Position numbers and translations under genes: made by a program. Below are positions 17,101 through 26,321 of a DNA stretch of 64,000 bases, piece by piece. Source of the stretch: Methanofastidiosum sp. GTDB lineage: Archaea; Methanobacteriota_B; Thermococci; Methanofastidiosales; Methanofastidiosaceae. The notes beneath the pieces are model-generated. The model had not been told where the DNA came from and did not search any database. It was given only the letters and a program-made list of their open reading frames with translations. Position 1 is the first letter of the stretch; each line of letters starts with the position of its first letter. The stretch lies in the NCBI GenBank assembly GCA_013178285.1, contig JABLXD010000012.1, positions 5,174 through 69,173 of the forward strand, given 5' to 3'.

Positions 17101-19123
17101 TTACGGTAACAGGCTCAATTTTAGAAGTTGTTTTGTATTTTTTCCCAGCTTCATCTTCAAAAAGTAGTTGAGTTTTAAATTCAAATTCTCCCATTTCTAA
17201 AGCTTTAACTTTGTAGATTAATGTAAATGTTTCATTTTTTGCCATTTTTGGAATATTTGTTGTTGCACTGCCATCAATTAACTCGAATCCGTCAGGAATA
17301 TAATCAATTAGATTTACTTTTGTGGCAGTTATATCTCCTATATTTTTAATTCTAACTTCAACGTCAGTAGTTTCTCCTACAAAAAGTTTTTCTTTTACAA
17401 TATTTCTTGTAATTTGAAATTCTGGTTGTTTTGGTACAATTGTAACTAATGTTTTATCACTTTTTGAATAATCTTGAATTACTTCCTGTTCTTTTTCATT
17501 AAAGTATCCCATTTGGTAGGATAAATCAATTTGGATTGGTGATACCTTTAGATAGTCAGTTTTTGGAGATTTAAATTTAAATACAATCAATCTTGTTTCA
17601 TCAGGTTCCATAGATTTTATTTCAAGGCATGCTTCATTGTCTGAACCACAATAACAATTGTTACCTGTTAAAAAAGTGAAATCTTTAGCTGTTATATGTA
17701 TTTTTACATTTTTTGCAGGTATATCCCCAGTATTTTGAATTTCAGTTACATACCAAAATGTTGTATCTGATTGAGGCTTTTCAATTTCATTTTCAGTTTC
17801 AAATTCAAAATCTTCAGGCCTCATTATTGAATGTATTATTGGAGTCCAAATTACTGTACCTCCACCCATCTCATAAATTGTTAGTTGTCTAATATTTTTA
17901 CAGGTACTATCTTTTCCGATAGTAACAATATCTCCCTGGCGCAATTCACCAAGTTGAACAAATGATCCATTTGTCTCTTCAAAGTTATAGACATATTGGA
18001 TATTTCCATTTATCATGGAAACATTGAAATTGTAAGTTTTTTCATCGAACTCGACAGAGCCGGAGCTTGCATTAATATCTACATCTCCTAAAAGAACAGT
18101 TTTAATCCCTTCCTTACTTCCTCTCAAGAAAGTTCTGTTGGTATCATCTATTTCTCCCCTATATAGTGTTGTTGAATTAATTGATAGTTCGGGTTCTTTT
18201 CTTTTAGTTACTGTTATGTTGAGTTTATATCTACCAAAGTAATTGGCATTTTCGTGATCATTAATTTCATTTACTTTAATTTTAAGAATTTCATCTATGT
18301 ATAATGTATCTCCCGGAACTACCACCTGCTGGATTACCAAGGTACCCTTTCGATAAACTTCTAGAATACCTCTTTCTGGAGGCATTACAGGATGCCTTCT
18401 TTGGAGATCTTTAAGCAATATTGTATAATCTCCTACAACTGTGAGATCTCCAATCTCTATCCATCCCATGAATACGGCATCGGGATCATAATAGGGCCCC
18501 GGTAAAAGGACAAAGTCTTGAGTAATAGTTCCAGAAGGATAAGGCACGTTGACACTTATTTTTTTAGGAAGCCATCCTACTCCAGAAGCTTCAATATCGT
18601 AGAGCCCCCCAAGACCGGAAAGTGAGTAATTACCATCAGTAGACGTTATAGAAGTTGCTAAAACATTTTCCGTTCCAGGATAGTAAGCATTTACAGTTGC
18701 ACCTTCAATTGGTGTTATGCCATCGGGCTGGAAAACATGTCCCACGACACTGCCATTTGTATCTTGGAGCGTTAAATTATAATCGGGCCCACAAGATGTG
18801 ATGCATGTATCTGCCAATGTAGAATTCGAAGTATAGCCCGGAGCATATGCCCTTATTATATACTTACCATGTTCTAATGGATATATATAAAATGTACCAT
18901 TTACATCTGTTGTTGTCATCCCTTTTATGGTGGGGCAAGCATTATTATCGTTAGCATAATGGGCATCAACGATTGCACCGCTGATTCCTTGTGGAGTTGC
19001 ATTAGTATCTGTTATTCGACCAGAAATTACGCCTTGCGCCAAAACTGGAGTTGCAACAACGCTGACCATGAATATCGATAATAAAAATATATTTAGTAAG
19101 TATAAATAATTGGATTTTTGCAT
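14180..19123 (-). CDS. Large cell-surface protein: carboxypeptidase-regulatory-like and DUF11/BatD Ig repeats, one TM, long cytoplasmic tail
   Basis: Signal peptide; GRITD...GATV domains; repeated NTG/NIG Ig modules; TM YIIIAIIALLLSVVGYSVY; ~470-aa Lys/Glu/Pro/Ser-rich tail. Confidence 0.85.
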   Translation of the reverse strand: MQKSNYLYLLNIFLLSIFMVSVVATPVLAQGVISGRITDTNATPQGISGAIVDAHYANDNNACPTIKGMTTTDVNGTFYIYPLEHGKYIIRAYAPGYTSNSTLADTCITSCGPDYNLTLQDTNGSVVGHVFQPDGITPIEGATVNAYYPGTENVLATSITSTDGNYSLSGLGGLYDIEASGVGWLPKKISVNVPYPSGTITQDFVLLPGPYYDPDAVFMGWIEIGDLTVVGDYTILLKDLQRRHPVMPPERGILEVYRKGTLVIQQVVVPGDTLYIDEILKIKVNEINDHENANYFGRYKLNITVTKRKEPELSINSTTLYRGEIDDTNRTFLRGSKEGIKTVLLGDVDINASSGSVEFDEKTYNFNVSMINGNIQYVYNFEETNGSFVQLGELRQGDIVTIGKDSTCKNIRQLTIYEMGGGTVIWTPIIHSIMRPEDFEFETENEIEKPQSDTTFWYVTEIQNTGDIPAKNVKIHITAKDFTFLTGNNCYCGSDNEACLEIKSMEPDETRLIVFKFKSPKTDYLKVSPIQIDLSYQMGYFNEKEQEVIQDYSKSDKTLVTIVPKQPEFQITRNIVKEKLFVGETTDVEVRIKNIGDITATKVNLIDYIPDGFELIDGSATTNIPKMAKNETFTLIYKVKALEMGEFEFKTQLLFEDEAGKKYKTTSKIEPVTVSKEFPRLEILKKLDRVTISRGDSVIVVLVVRNTGNKIARDVQVLDYVPEGFRLIDNPKIKRIEYTIPELKPEQEKMYNYIITASYPGEYKIGDTKLLYYDLEGHSFEHIASGTSVRVNGEPKITISNIQYFNEDYSFADYKYVDVVLTLTNTGDGLAKKISYINSISGDIELVDGELGGFVDSLKQGDSKTTKFTVRVLQENKDKIFTINTSSEFEDIAAKKAKSEASTNITVGGRTPNIQLIRQESEYESDIVRIGHIIPVTTIITNTGDGDAKNVRIEDRIPSNLQLTTGINYWGGQLKPEERVTLRYTLVPSQGGEYQIGQTASTYEDEWGVKGTKSLSPTLVTVWGPSISRTISTNEIEEGEVLKIIYNIKNWGKDDIYEVKIAEALPSEFEIISGDKEIIIEEIKGGAEVSKEIQIKATKSGSFILEDSKFYWMNAFEELKSFDIERTAISVKAKVAPQSSVPSVPQAVTQTIEDIKSSPYAPYIIIAIIALLLSVVGYSVYRSTRSKGPSTKSMIQKGGTPPPGPEIVKKKTTKSEKGFGVFSRQKEKSVKSEQQAPIAPFGTQSKSLDGGIKKEKKSFDLFSKKEKIPSKERMQPPPSPSLEIENKFKEFATREDNILTKDQIGHELLGKKVAPPAIKQKQKSKFSLFSKKKEGIPQEKKPFSLSHLYESQESKGLKNESLRKELESAGVINKELPSQKEGIKINNAKAEMKYSPQVMPIAEEDINIRPPRIEFGPPEEIRKDIEELKSTLQDQDKLASLDSFEIESLRSEITKTLEEIEKRKENIAIAEQRIESEDVSHIELMDRKELDEFQTKILNEINEIENKKHVEFEEEQLKEIKGRVVPKNIDLDLPPSVERAYKDFKQKKNNGAPENPFKEGDNGSSKKGSSWTNNFRYNNTSPEIPSSIKELLEKRPSSSNDSYVPVPDIKEVIKGKKEENIRRFSSNNSNSVPDPKEVIKGKKKDSI

Positions 19124-19284
19124 TGTTCCACCTAGTTGTGAATATCCACTACCAATTATGATTTAATAACTATATAAAGCTTTTGGTATTATTGATTAAC
19201 AATAGATATTTTTAATTTTTAGAATTAGTAAATAACTCTTGTAATAATAAAATAGAAAAATATATTTTTGAGAAGAATATTGTA

Positions 19285-19488
19285 TTATTTAGAAAGTTTT
19301 TTAATTCTGGCAAGACGTGCCCTTAATATCTCAAGTTCTTCTCTTGACAATCTCCCACCACGTAATCTTTCAAGTTCTTCTTTTTGCAGGTACACTCTAA
19401 CTCCTAAGATAACATTAATTATTATACTAATTATGGCTATAATAAAAATTATTATCCAGCTATTAATCATTACATCTACTAGTGCCAT
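19285..19488 (-). CDS. Small single-TM protein downstream of minD
   Basis: ATG at 19488 after GGAGATGA; TM followed by a basic helical tail. Confidence 0.7.
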   Translation of the reverse strand: MALVDVMINSWIIIFIIAIISIIINVILGVRVYLQKEELERLRGGRLSREELEILRARLARIKKLSK

Positions 19489-19492
19489 AATA

Positions 19493-20263
19493 TCATCTCC
19501 CAAATAGTCCTCCCATTAATTTATTCATGGATTTGGTAGAAGAATCAAATTCTGACTTCTTTCCTGCAATTTTTTTAGCAATATCTCTAATAGCTAGTGA
19601 AGCAGGAGATTTTGGATCCAATAACACGAAAGGTTTGCCTAGTGTTGTTGATTTCTTTACTATTTGATCCTCTGGGATGTTACCAATTATCCTGAGTTCA
19701 AGTATTGCTTCTATTTCCGGACCTGAAACTTCTGTTGGATCTCCTCTAACTCTATTTACAATAACTCCAAGAATCCTTGTGCCCAATTTTTCAGCTACCA
19801 ATTTTATCTTTAATGCATCGGACAAGGAAGTAATTTCAGGATTTACTATTAAAAGCATGTTTTGTGAAGCTGCTATAGAAGTAACTGCATCTACTTCAAG
19901 TCCAGGAGGCCCATCAATTATCAACAAATCAACTTTTTCAACAAATACTTTGAATATTTGATTAATTTTATCGGGATCTGATTTTTTTAGTCTTCTTAAT
20001 GATAAACCAGCTGGAACAACTTTAACTCCTCCAGGGCCATCATATACTATATCTTCAGGTCTTGCTTTATCTTCCAATACATCCTGTATTGTTTTGGGCA
20101 ATCCCTCCATTCCAAATATTAGCTCAAGATTGGCCATAGTTATATCTGCATCAAAAATTAGAACGTTAAGCCCAACCTCAGAAAGAGCAATTCCTAAATT
20201 GGCGGCTATTGTTGTTTTACCTACTCCGCCCTTTCCTGAGGATATGACTAGTGATTCTCCCAA
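19493..20263 (-). CDS. minD: MinD/ParA-family ATPase
   Basis: SGKGGVGKTT, DADITMANL, IDGPPG; C-terminal amphipathic NKLMGGLFGR. Confidence 0.93.
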   Translation of the reverse strand: MGESLVISSGKGGVGKTTIAANLGIALSEVGLNVLIFDADITMANLELIFGMEGLPKTIQDVLEDKARPEDIVYDGPGGVKVVPAGLSLRRLKKSDPDKINQIFKVFVEKVDLLIIDGPPGLEVDAVTSIAASQNMLLIVNPEITSLSDALKIKLVAEKLGTRILGVIVNRVRGDPTEVSGPEIEAILELRIIGNIPEDQIVKKSTTLGKPFVLLDPKSPASLAIRDIAKKIAGKKSEFDSSTKSMNKLMGGLFGR

Positions 20264-20386
20264 TAAAACTCCTCCATTGTTTATAAAGTAAAAAGTAAAT
20301 TAATATATAAAATTATCCCTGATTATTACGAAATCTACAAAAAAGATAAGGAAAAACTTAAAACAGACTTTAATATTGAAAAATCA

Positions 20387-20884
20387 ATGATAAAAAATAA
20401 TATAATTCAAAAATATGGCGAAGAAAATTATATCAAGTTATTATTTTTTATCAAAGGGGCGTTAATATCTATATTTCTTTATGTTATAAGTGATTATACC
20501 CCCATTAGAATATTTACTGCGCAGGCTGTTAAAGAAGGGATAACTTTTTTTGATATACAAAAGCCACTAATTATATCTGGTAAATTTGTGGCCGTTGGAA
20601 ATTATGAGATATCTAAACGATGTATTGGATTGGCTTCAGGGGCTATATTTACTGCTTTATTTATTTTATCTTCTTTTAAACTAGTCAAAAAGATCATATA
20701 CTTATCACTATTCCTTATAAGTCTATTATTCCTTAATATATTAAGATTGATAATAACAATATATCTTTTCGAACAAGGTTACACCTGGCTTATTGCCCAT
20801 GACATATTAGCTTATGTTCTTGGGATTGGTTTTTCATTTCTTGTTCTAATAAGAATTAATCCTTACATACCATTATTTAGATAA
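20387..20884 (+). CDS. Archaeosortase/exosortase family protein
   Basis: Multi-TM with catalytic-type Cys (EISKRCIG), Arg (LNILR) and His (IAHD). Confidence 0.75.
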   Translation: MIKNNIIQKYGEENYIKLLFFIKGALISIFLYVISDYTPIRIFTAQAVKEGITFFDIQKPLIISGKFVAVGNYEISKRCIGLASGAIFTALFILSSFKLVKKIIYLSLFLISLLFLNILRLIITIYLFEQGYTWLIAHDILAYVLGIGFSFLVLIRINPYIPLFR

Positions 20885-21904
20885 AGTATTTTTATAAACC
20901 TCCAAATTTGCCTTTGCACATTTTTCCCATGAAAATAGATTTGATTTGCCAATGACTTTATTCGAGATATTTTCCCTAAATTCTGGAATTTTTATTATTT
21001 TCTCTACTAACTCAATTAGTTGACTTTTATCTGGAACTGCCAGATCTAAATCGCCCAATAAATAATTAGACCCAGGGCTTTCTAAAGCTACGACAGGGAT
21101 GCCACACGCCATGGATTCCAAAATAGAAAGTCCAAATCCTTCTGTTTTTGATGTAGATACAACGCAAAGAAGTTTTTTCAAATATTTCTCAGTTTCAATT
21201 ATTTCTCCCAAGAAAAAAATATTTTGTCCTTCTGAAATTTTCTCAAGTTCCGTTCTTAGATATCCATCTCCAATAATATAAGCTGGTTCAAGAATTCCTT
21301 TTCTTCTAAGTTCTTTTACTAATTCAATAAATTCTCTAGGATTTTTTTCATTGACTAATGCTCCAATGAACCCAATACCTTTTTTTTCTGAGTTTTCTGG
21401 TAAAAATTTAGAATGCTCAACTCCGTTGGGTATGGAAAAAATTTTTCCTTTTGATAAAGTTTCAATTTTTTCTGCTAGATCTGGAGAAACGGCTATGATT
21501 GTAGGATAATTGGATAATATAAACTTGACTAACTTTCCCATTATTCCTTTTTCTAAGTATACATTAATATCGCTTCCATGAACAGTTAGAATCCTTTTCT
21601 TTCTTGTAAATATTGATAAAAAAAATCCCAATAATCCAGGAGTTGTTGCAAAATGAGAATGTATGACTTCAATTTTATTCTTTCTAATAACACTAACTCC
21701 CTTGAAAATCCCAAAGAGAACAAAAAAAAAGCCTCTAAATTTTTTAGGTAATTTAGATGAGTAGACTTTTTCTTCTAAAGAATTTGAATAAGTTAGCACA
21801 TAAACATCTTGGTCAAGTTTCTCTAATTCTTTTTTAAGTTGATATATATGGGTTGAAATGCCACCAATTTTGGGAGGATATTCTCCAATCATCAAGATAT
21901 TCAT
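20873..21904 (-). CDS. Glycosyltransferase family 4
   Basis: YPPKIGG, HSH, TVHGSD, EGFGLSILESMACG. Confidence 0.92.
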   Translation of the reverse strand: MNILMIGEYPPKIGGISTHIYQLKKELEKLDQDVYVLTYSNSLEEKVYSSKLPKKFRGFFFVLFGIFKGVSVIRKNKIEVIHSHFATTPGLLGFFLSIFTRKKRILTVHGSDINVYLEKGIMGKLVKFILSNYPTIIAVSPDLAEKIETLSKGKIFSIPNGVEHSKFLPENSEKKGIGFIGALVNEKNPREFIELVKELRRKGILEPAYIIGDGYLRTELEKISEGQNIFFLGEIIETEKYLKKLLCVVSTSKTEGFGLSILESMACGIPVVALESPGSNYLLGDLDLAVPDKSQLIELVEKIIKIPEFRENISNKVIGKSNLFSWEKCAKANLEVYKNTLSK

Positions 21905-21941
21905 GAAAAAATTTATATCTTAAACTTTTTTAAGTTATTGT

Positions 21942-22246
21942 GTGGGCGGATTATTGGCTTCCCTTCGGGGAGGAAGCTCCATCCACCCGGCCAAGATGTG
22001 GCATCAAAAGATGCTTGGGTAAATCCAAGGTAAAGGAACAGAAAAAAACGACCTTTGTCTGATGAAGATGATGTAGACAGAATATGGCAACATATTCTAA
22101 AACTACTGAGAAGACATAGGAAACGGTGGAATACCTTCCCACATGGTGCAAGACCAAACTAAAACCGATGAAACTTGGCCTGAGGTTTGTGGTAGGTCGC
22201 TTAGTTCAATGCCAATATTACAAAAGATGGGCTATAGTCCGTCCAC
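21942..22246 (+). ncRNA. rnpB: RNase P RNA, archaeal type A
   Basis: P1 GTGGGCGGATTAT/ATAGTCCGTCCAC; GAGGAAGCTCCATCCACC, GAAACGG, GGTGCAAG, GTGGTAGGTCGCTTAG, ACAAAAGATGGGCTAT; TATA box upstream. Confidence 0.95.
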
Positions 22247-22247
22247 T

Positions 22248-22982
22248 TTAACTTTTTATGGCTTTTATTATGTCATAAAGTTTTTCTTTTTCTTTCTCAA
22301 TTATAGTTCCAGTTACGAATATATCTGCTCCCGCCATTGCGAGCTTCTTTGCAGCTTCAGGAGATCTTATTCCCCCACCTACTATTAGCGGTATATCTAT
22401 GACTTTTTTTACAAGCCCTACCATTTCTGGTGTGACTGTATCTGGGGAACCCGATCCAGCTTCAAGATAAACTAACCTCATACCTAGGTATTGTGCTGCT
22501 AAAGAATAAGCAGCGGCAATTTGTGGTTTTTTTCTTGGAATTAGATCAGCTTCGCCCATCCAGCCTACAGTTTCTCCTGGTTCGACTACTAAGTAACCTG
22601 TTGGTATTGGTTCAATTCCTGTTTTTTTTACTAAGAAGCTGCCTAACGCTTGAGATTTAGTAATAAAATATGGATTCCTTGAATTCATATAAGACATGAA
22701 TAAAATTGCATCGGCTTTGGGAGACACTTGCGCAACACCTCCAGGAAAAATTATTACTGGAAGTTTAGTATTAGCTTTAATTGATTCTATCAAGAGATCA
22801 AGATAATTCCCTAAAGTATGAGTAGAACCACCTATCAATATTGCATCGCTCCCCGCTTCTTCAGATATTGTGGCGGCGCTCTTAGCTTCGTCTATAGAGA
22901 AGCTATCTGGATCAACTAAAGAAAAATGAAGTTTTTCCCTCTGTAATTTATCTAAAAGATATTTTTCTACTTTGCCTGTCAT
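22248..22982 (-). CDS. Geranylgeranylglyceryl phosphate synthase
   Basis: LVDPD, IGGST, YLEAGSG, VGGGIR; ATG at 22982 chosen as start. Confidence 0.93.
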   Translation of the reverse strand: MTGKVEKYLLDKLQREKLHFSLVDPDSFSIDEAKSAATISEEAGSDAILIGGSTHTLGNYLDLLIESIKANTKLPVIIFPGGVAQVSPKADAILFMSYMNSRNPYFITKSQALGSFLVKKTGIEPIPTGYLVVEPGETVGWMGEADLIPRKKPQIAAAYSLAAQYLGMRLVYLEAGSGSPDTVTPEMVGLVKKVIDIPLIVGGGIRSPEAAKKLAMAGADIFVTGTIIEKEKEKLYDIIKAIKS

Positions 22983-22995
22983 TTTAAGTACACCT

Positions 22996-23226
22996 TTACA
23001 TTCCAAGTTTTACTGAGTCTTCTTTTTTAGCTCTTACGATAACAATGTCCCCGATGGCAGAAACATCTTTGAATGGGACGGCAATGTTATCTATTCCTTT
23101 TTCTTGGCCTACTGCAAGTCCAAAGACTACCCCTTCTTTTACTTCAAGAATAATATCATTAATAATGCCTATGTACTCGCCCTTTGTATTATACAATTCG
23201 AGCCCATATAATTTAGAAATCCTCAT
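22996..23226 (-). CDS. PRC-barrel domain protein (CdpB-like)
   Basis: LYGLELYNTKGEYIG..DIIL and VSAIGDIVIV. Confidence 0.85.
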   Translation of the reverse strand: MRISKLYGLELYNTKGEYIGIINDIILEVKEGVVFGLAVGQEKGIDNIAVPFKDVSAIGDIVIVRAKKEDSVKLGM

Positions 23227-23357
23227 GAATATCCCTTTTATGGATTTTAATATATGAGTTTATATATTTTTCTATATATTTAATTTTAGTTATATAGAAT
23301 AATATATAGTTTAATTAAACTTTAATATAAAAAAGAATATAATAGATTATGAATCTA

Positions 23358-24275
23358 TTACATTAAAAGTGCCATTACTGCTTTTTGTGCATGATTTCTA
23401 TTTTCAGCCTGATCAAGTACTACTGAATGTGGTCCGTCGACAACTTCGTCAGTTATTTCTTCTCCCCTGTGTGCAGGTAAACAGTGCATAACTATACAGT
23501 CGTCTTGAGCTTGTGCAACTAATTTTTCGTTGACCTGATAAGGTTTGAATATCTTTACCCTGTCATCATGCTCTGTATCTTTTCCCATGCTTGCCCATAC
23601 ATCAGTATATATTACATCAGCACCATTAACGCCTTTTGGATCATTTGTTATCTCAAGCTTAAGCCCATCTTCTAATGCCAATTTCTCTATTTGTTTATCT
23701 GGCTCATATCCCTTTGGACATACAACAGTCATTTCCATCCCTACTTTTGCAGAACCAAACATTAATGAGTGACAAACATTGTTTCCATCGCCAACAAATG
23801 CTAATTTAAGTCCTTTGAATTCCTGTTTCTTCTCAAGAATTGTTTCTAAATCAGCCAAGCATTGACATGGGTGTAAAAGATCAGATAGACCATTTATAAC
23901 TGGTACAGTTGAATGTTTGCATAATTCTATAATATTATCATGTGAGAATACCCTTGCCATTATACCATCACAATAACGAGCGAGAACTGCTCCCGTATCT
24001 CCAACTGTTTCACCCCTCCCTAATTGAAGGTCAGTAGAAGATAGGTACAAAGCATGCCCCCCCAATTGTTTCATTCCTACTTCAAAAGAAACCCTTGTTC
24101 TTGTGGATGGTTTTTGGAATATCATTGCTAAGGTTTTGCCATATAATAATTCGTGCTTTTCTCCAGTTTTCTGTCTAATTTTTAATGTTTCAGCAGTTTT
24201 CAAAATTTGCCATATCTCCTCTTTCGTAAGATCATGCAAAGAAGCAAGATGCTTGCCTTTCATATTAACTACCAT
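23358..24275 (-). CDS. argF: Ornithine carbamoyltransferase
   Basis: KPSTRTR, HPCQ, YTDVWASMG, HCLP. Confidence 0.96.
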   Translation of the reverse strand: MVVNMKGKHLASLHDLTKEEIWQILKTAETLKIRQKTGEKHELLYGKTLAMIFQKPSTRTRVSFEVGMKQLGGHALYLSSTDLQLGRGETVGDTGAVLARYCDGIMARVFSHDNIIELCKHSTVPVINGLSDLLHPCQCLADLETILEKKQEFKGLKLAFVGDGNNVCHSLMFGSAKVGMEMTVVCPKGYEPDKQIEKLALEDGLKLEITNDPKGVNGADVIYTDVWASMGKDTEHDDRVKIFKPYQVNEKLVAQAQDDCIVMHCLPAHRGEEITDEVVDGPHSVVLDQAENRNHAQKAVMALLM

Positions 24276-24366
24276 TAAGTATCACCGAATGAAGAAAATA
24301 AAAATGCCTTTTAAATCTGATGACCTTGGTGTAACAAATTCAACATTCAATGTTTTAAACTAAACA

Positions 24367-24831
24367 TTATTCAAGTGTCCTAAGGTAGGATCCTCTGTCA
24401 ATTATATTACTAAGCATTTTTCCATCAAATTTTCCAAGTCCAATTACTTCATTCCTTATATTGGAGACTATAACATATCCTTTTTTGGGAGAATTTATCA
24501 TATTTTTTATAAAGACGTCACGCCCATATAAAAATAAAGAAGTTCCTTTTTCATTCAGTTTTGATTTTTTTGTAGATATCCCCATTATTAAATAGCTTTC
24601 CAAACCTAATAAGAAATTACCTTTTGAAAATTTTCCAATTTGAGTTCCAAGTGACACCAGATTTTCATTTATTTTTTCATTATGAACTTTTTCTAAAATA
24701 AGTTTATTATAAAGAAATACTTCATCTCCAATTATTGATAATAGAGTATTTTCTGGTAATTCAAATGTTCCCCCATACATTTCTATTGTCTTTTTAATGG
24801 TGTCTAATTTTTTTCCATCTGCAATTTTCAT
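24367..24831 (-). CDS. Nip7-like PUA-domain ribosome biogenesis protein
   Basis: SLGTQIG, LFLYGRDVF, DRGSYLR. Confidence 0.8.
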   Translation of the reverse strand: MKIADGKKLDTIKKTIEMYGGTFELPENTLLSIIGDEVFLYNKLILEKVHNEKINENLVSLGTQIGKFSKGNFLLGLESYLIMGISTKKSKLNEKGTSLFLYGRDVFIKNMINSPKKGYVIVSNIRNEVIGLGKFDGKMLSNIIDRGSYLRTLE

Positions 24832-24838
24832 AGTATCC

Positions 24839-25294
24839 CTATAAATTTAAAGTGTAAGCCATTTCAATCTTAATCTTCTGGCATAATTCCAATATTTTCT
24901 CAATATCAAATGGTTCCCCTTCATCCCCAATTCCGGGACAGGAAACATCTACATATATGTAAACTTTTTCGCCATTATTTAAAATATGTGGTGTGTCTGA
25001 TTCTGATATGGGATTATAGAAAACTCCCAATGGAAAAAGTCTACAAATCAGAGGCTTATACTCATGTATTGTACAACTTGTATCATCCAAAAATACACAG
25101 CCATTATCCCAAATTCTTTTTTCAATGACGAATTTATTTCTTGTGATATCATATAAAGCAAACTCCTTATCAGTATTCTTTTCAATTCTTTCTATATCAA
25201 ATAAGGTAAGTGGAACTCCCCTAACTCTGCAACATTCTCCACATTGTCTACATTTATATTTTTGTCCCGTATATAGTACTAATACCTCTTTCAT
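24839..25294 (-). CDS. YkgJ-family cysteine cluster protein
   Basis: CRQCGECC, CVFL...CTIHEYKPLICRLFP, CPGIG. Confidence 0.88.
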   Translation of the reverse strand: MKEVLVLYTGQKYKCRQCGECCRVRGVPLTLFDIERIEKNTDKEFALYDITRNKFVIEKRIWDNGCVFLDDTSCTIHEYKPLICRLFPLGVFYNPISESDTPHILNNGEKVYIYVDVSCPGIGDEGEPFDIEKILELCQKIKIEMAYTLNL

Positions 25295-25362
25295 TATAAC
25301 CCCTTCATTTCCTATGGAGATTTAAAAAATTATATATAGAGTGCTAATTAAAATAAATTAAT

Positions 25363-26250
25363 TTAAGAGTTAATCAATCTTAATACTGCATCCCTTGTCT
25401 TTTCCCTATCTGCCCCTGCAACAATAATTACATCGCGTCCAGGGTATAGGCCATCTTGTATAAATTCAATATCTCCTTGAGAGCTATACCAATCAATTTT
25501 TGATTTTCCTCGTTGCACAAGTCCTGCAACAATATTATTTGCAACTGGTCCCCCTACAAGTACAATATTATTATTTTTGGCAACATTTTCTAATAATGTT
25601 TCATCATTTGTTATCAGTTTCTCAGGTTCCCATATATTTACTTTGACTTGTTGGAATGCGCCGGGTTGTTCCGTTCTGAATATAGTATTAAATCTTAGAT
25701 TTCCTCCAGAGTTGTACAATCCAAGTGAGTTGTCATTATTGTCCAATATTTCGATAGAGAAATCTGGAGAAATTGTAACATTTCTATTAAATTCTGGATT
25801 AATAATGTTTAATGGATTTTGATTTTGGGCAATATATATCTTTAGATTATTTGTATCTGTTGTAATGAATCTAAGATTTGTTACTAGAATAGACTGGCCA
25901 TATGTGAAGGTGCCAGTATTTCCTGCATTGTCTGCCCATGTTAGGTTCATAGTAGAGGGATCTAAGGTGATTAATTGATCATTTGAAGCTTCCATTATTT
26001 TTGAACCCGATATTGTAACATAAACAAAATTCTCATAATAAGCTTCACTTTGAATTTTTGTTATAATTAAATTACCAGAGATTAGGTCCATGGAAGCAGC
26101 GTTTTTACCAACTACAATTATGGAGTGAGGTTGCCCGTTACTCGTATCGACAAAAAAGGATCTTGGGATATCTGTAGATAAAACTGGAAAAATTAAAAAG
26201 AGTTGAAAAGTCAATATTAATGAAAAAATAAAAGCCATTTTAGTTCTCAT
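25363..26250 (-). CDS. S-layer-like protein (Methanococcales/Thermococcales S-layer N and C motifs)
   Basis: Signal peptide; IIVVGKNAASMD; NIVLVGGPVAN...VIIVAGADREKT. Confidence 0.85.
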   Translation of the reverse strand: MRTKMAFIFSLILTFQLFLIFPVLSTDIPRSFFVDTSNGQPHSIIVVGKNAASMDLISGNLIITKIQSEAYYENFVYVTISGSKIMEASNDQLITLDPSTMNLTWADNAGNTGTFTYGQSILVTNLRFITTDTNNLKIYIAQNQNPLNIINPEFNRNVTISPDFSIEILDNNDNSLGLYNSGGNLRFNTIFRTEQPGAFQQVKVNIWEPEKLITNDETLLENVAKNNNIVLVGGPVANNIVAGLVQRGKSKIDWYSSQGDIEFIQDGLYPGRDVIIVAGADREKTRDAVLRLINS

Positions 26251-26321
26251 GTATTCTAATTAGTTATTTAATTTTTATGTCTTGCTATTTTATTTAAATA
26301 GAGATGAGTAAACAAAGAAAG

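Noticed and set aside
21951-22388. Short ORFs 21951-22157 and 22143-22388
   Set aside because: They overlap the RNase P RNA gene and GGGP synthase.
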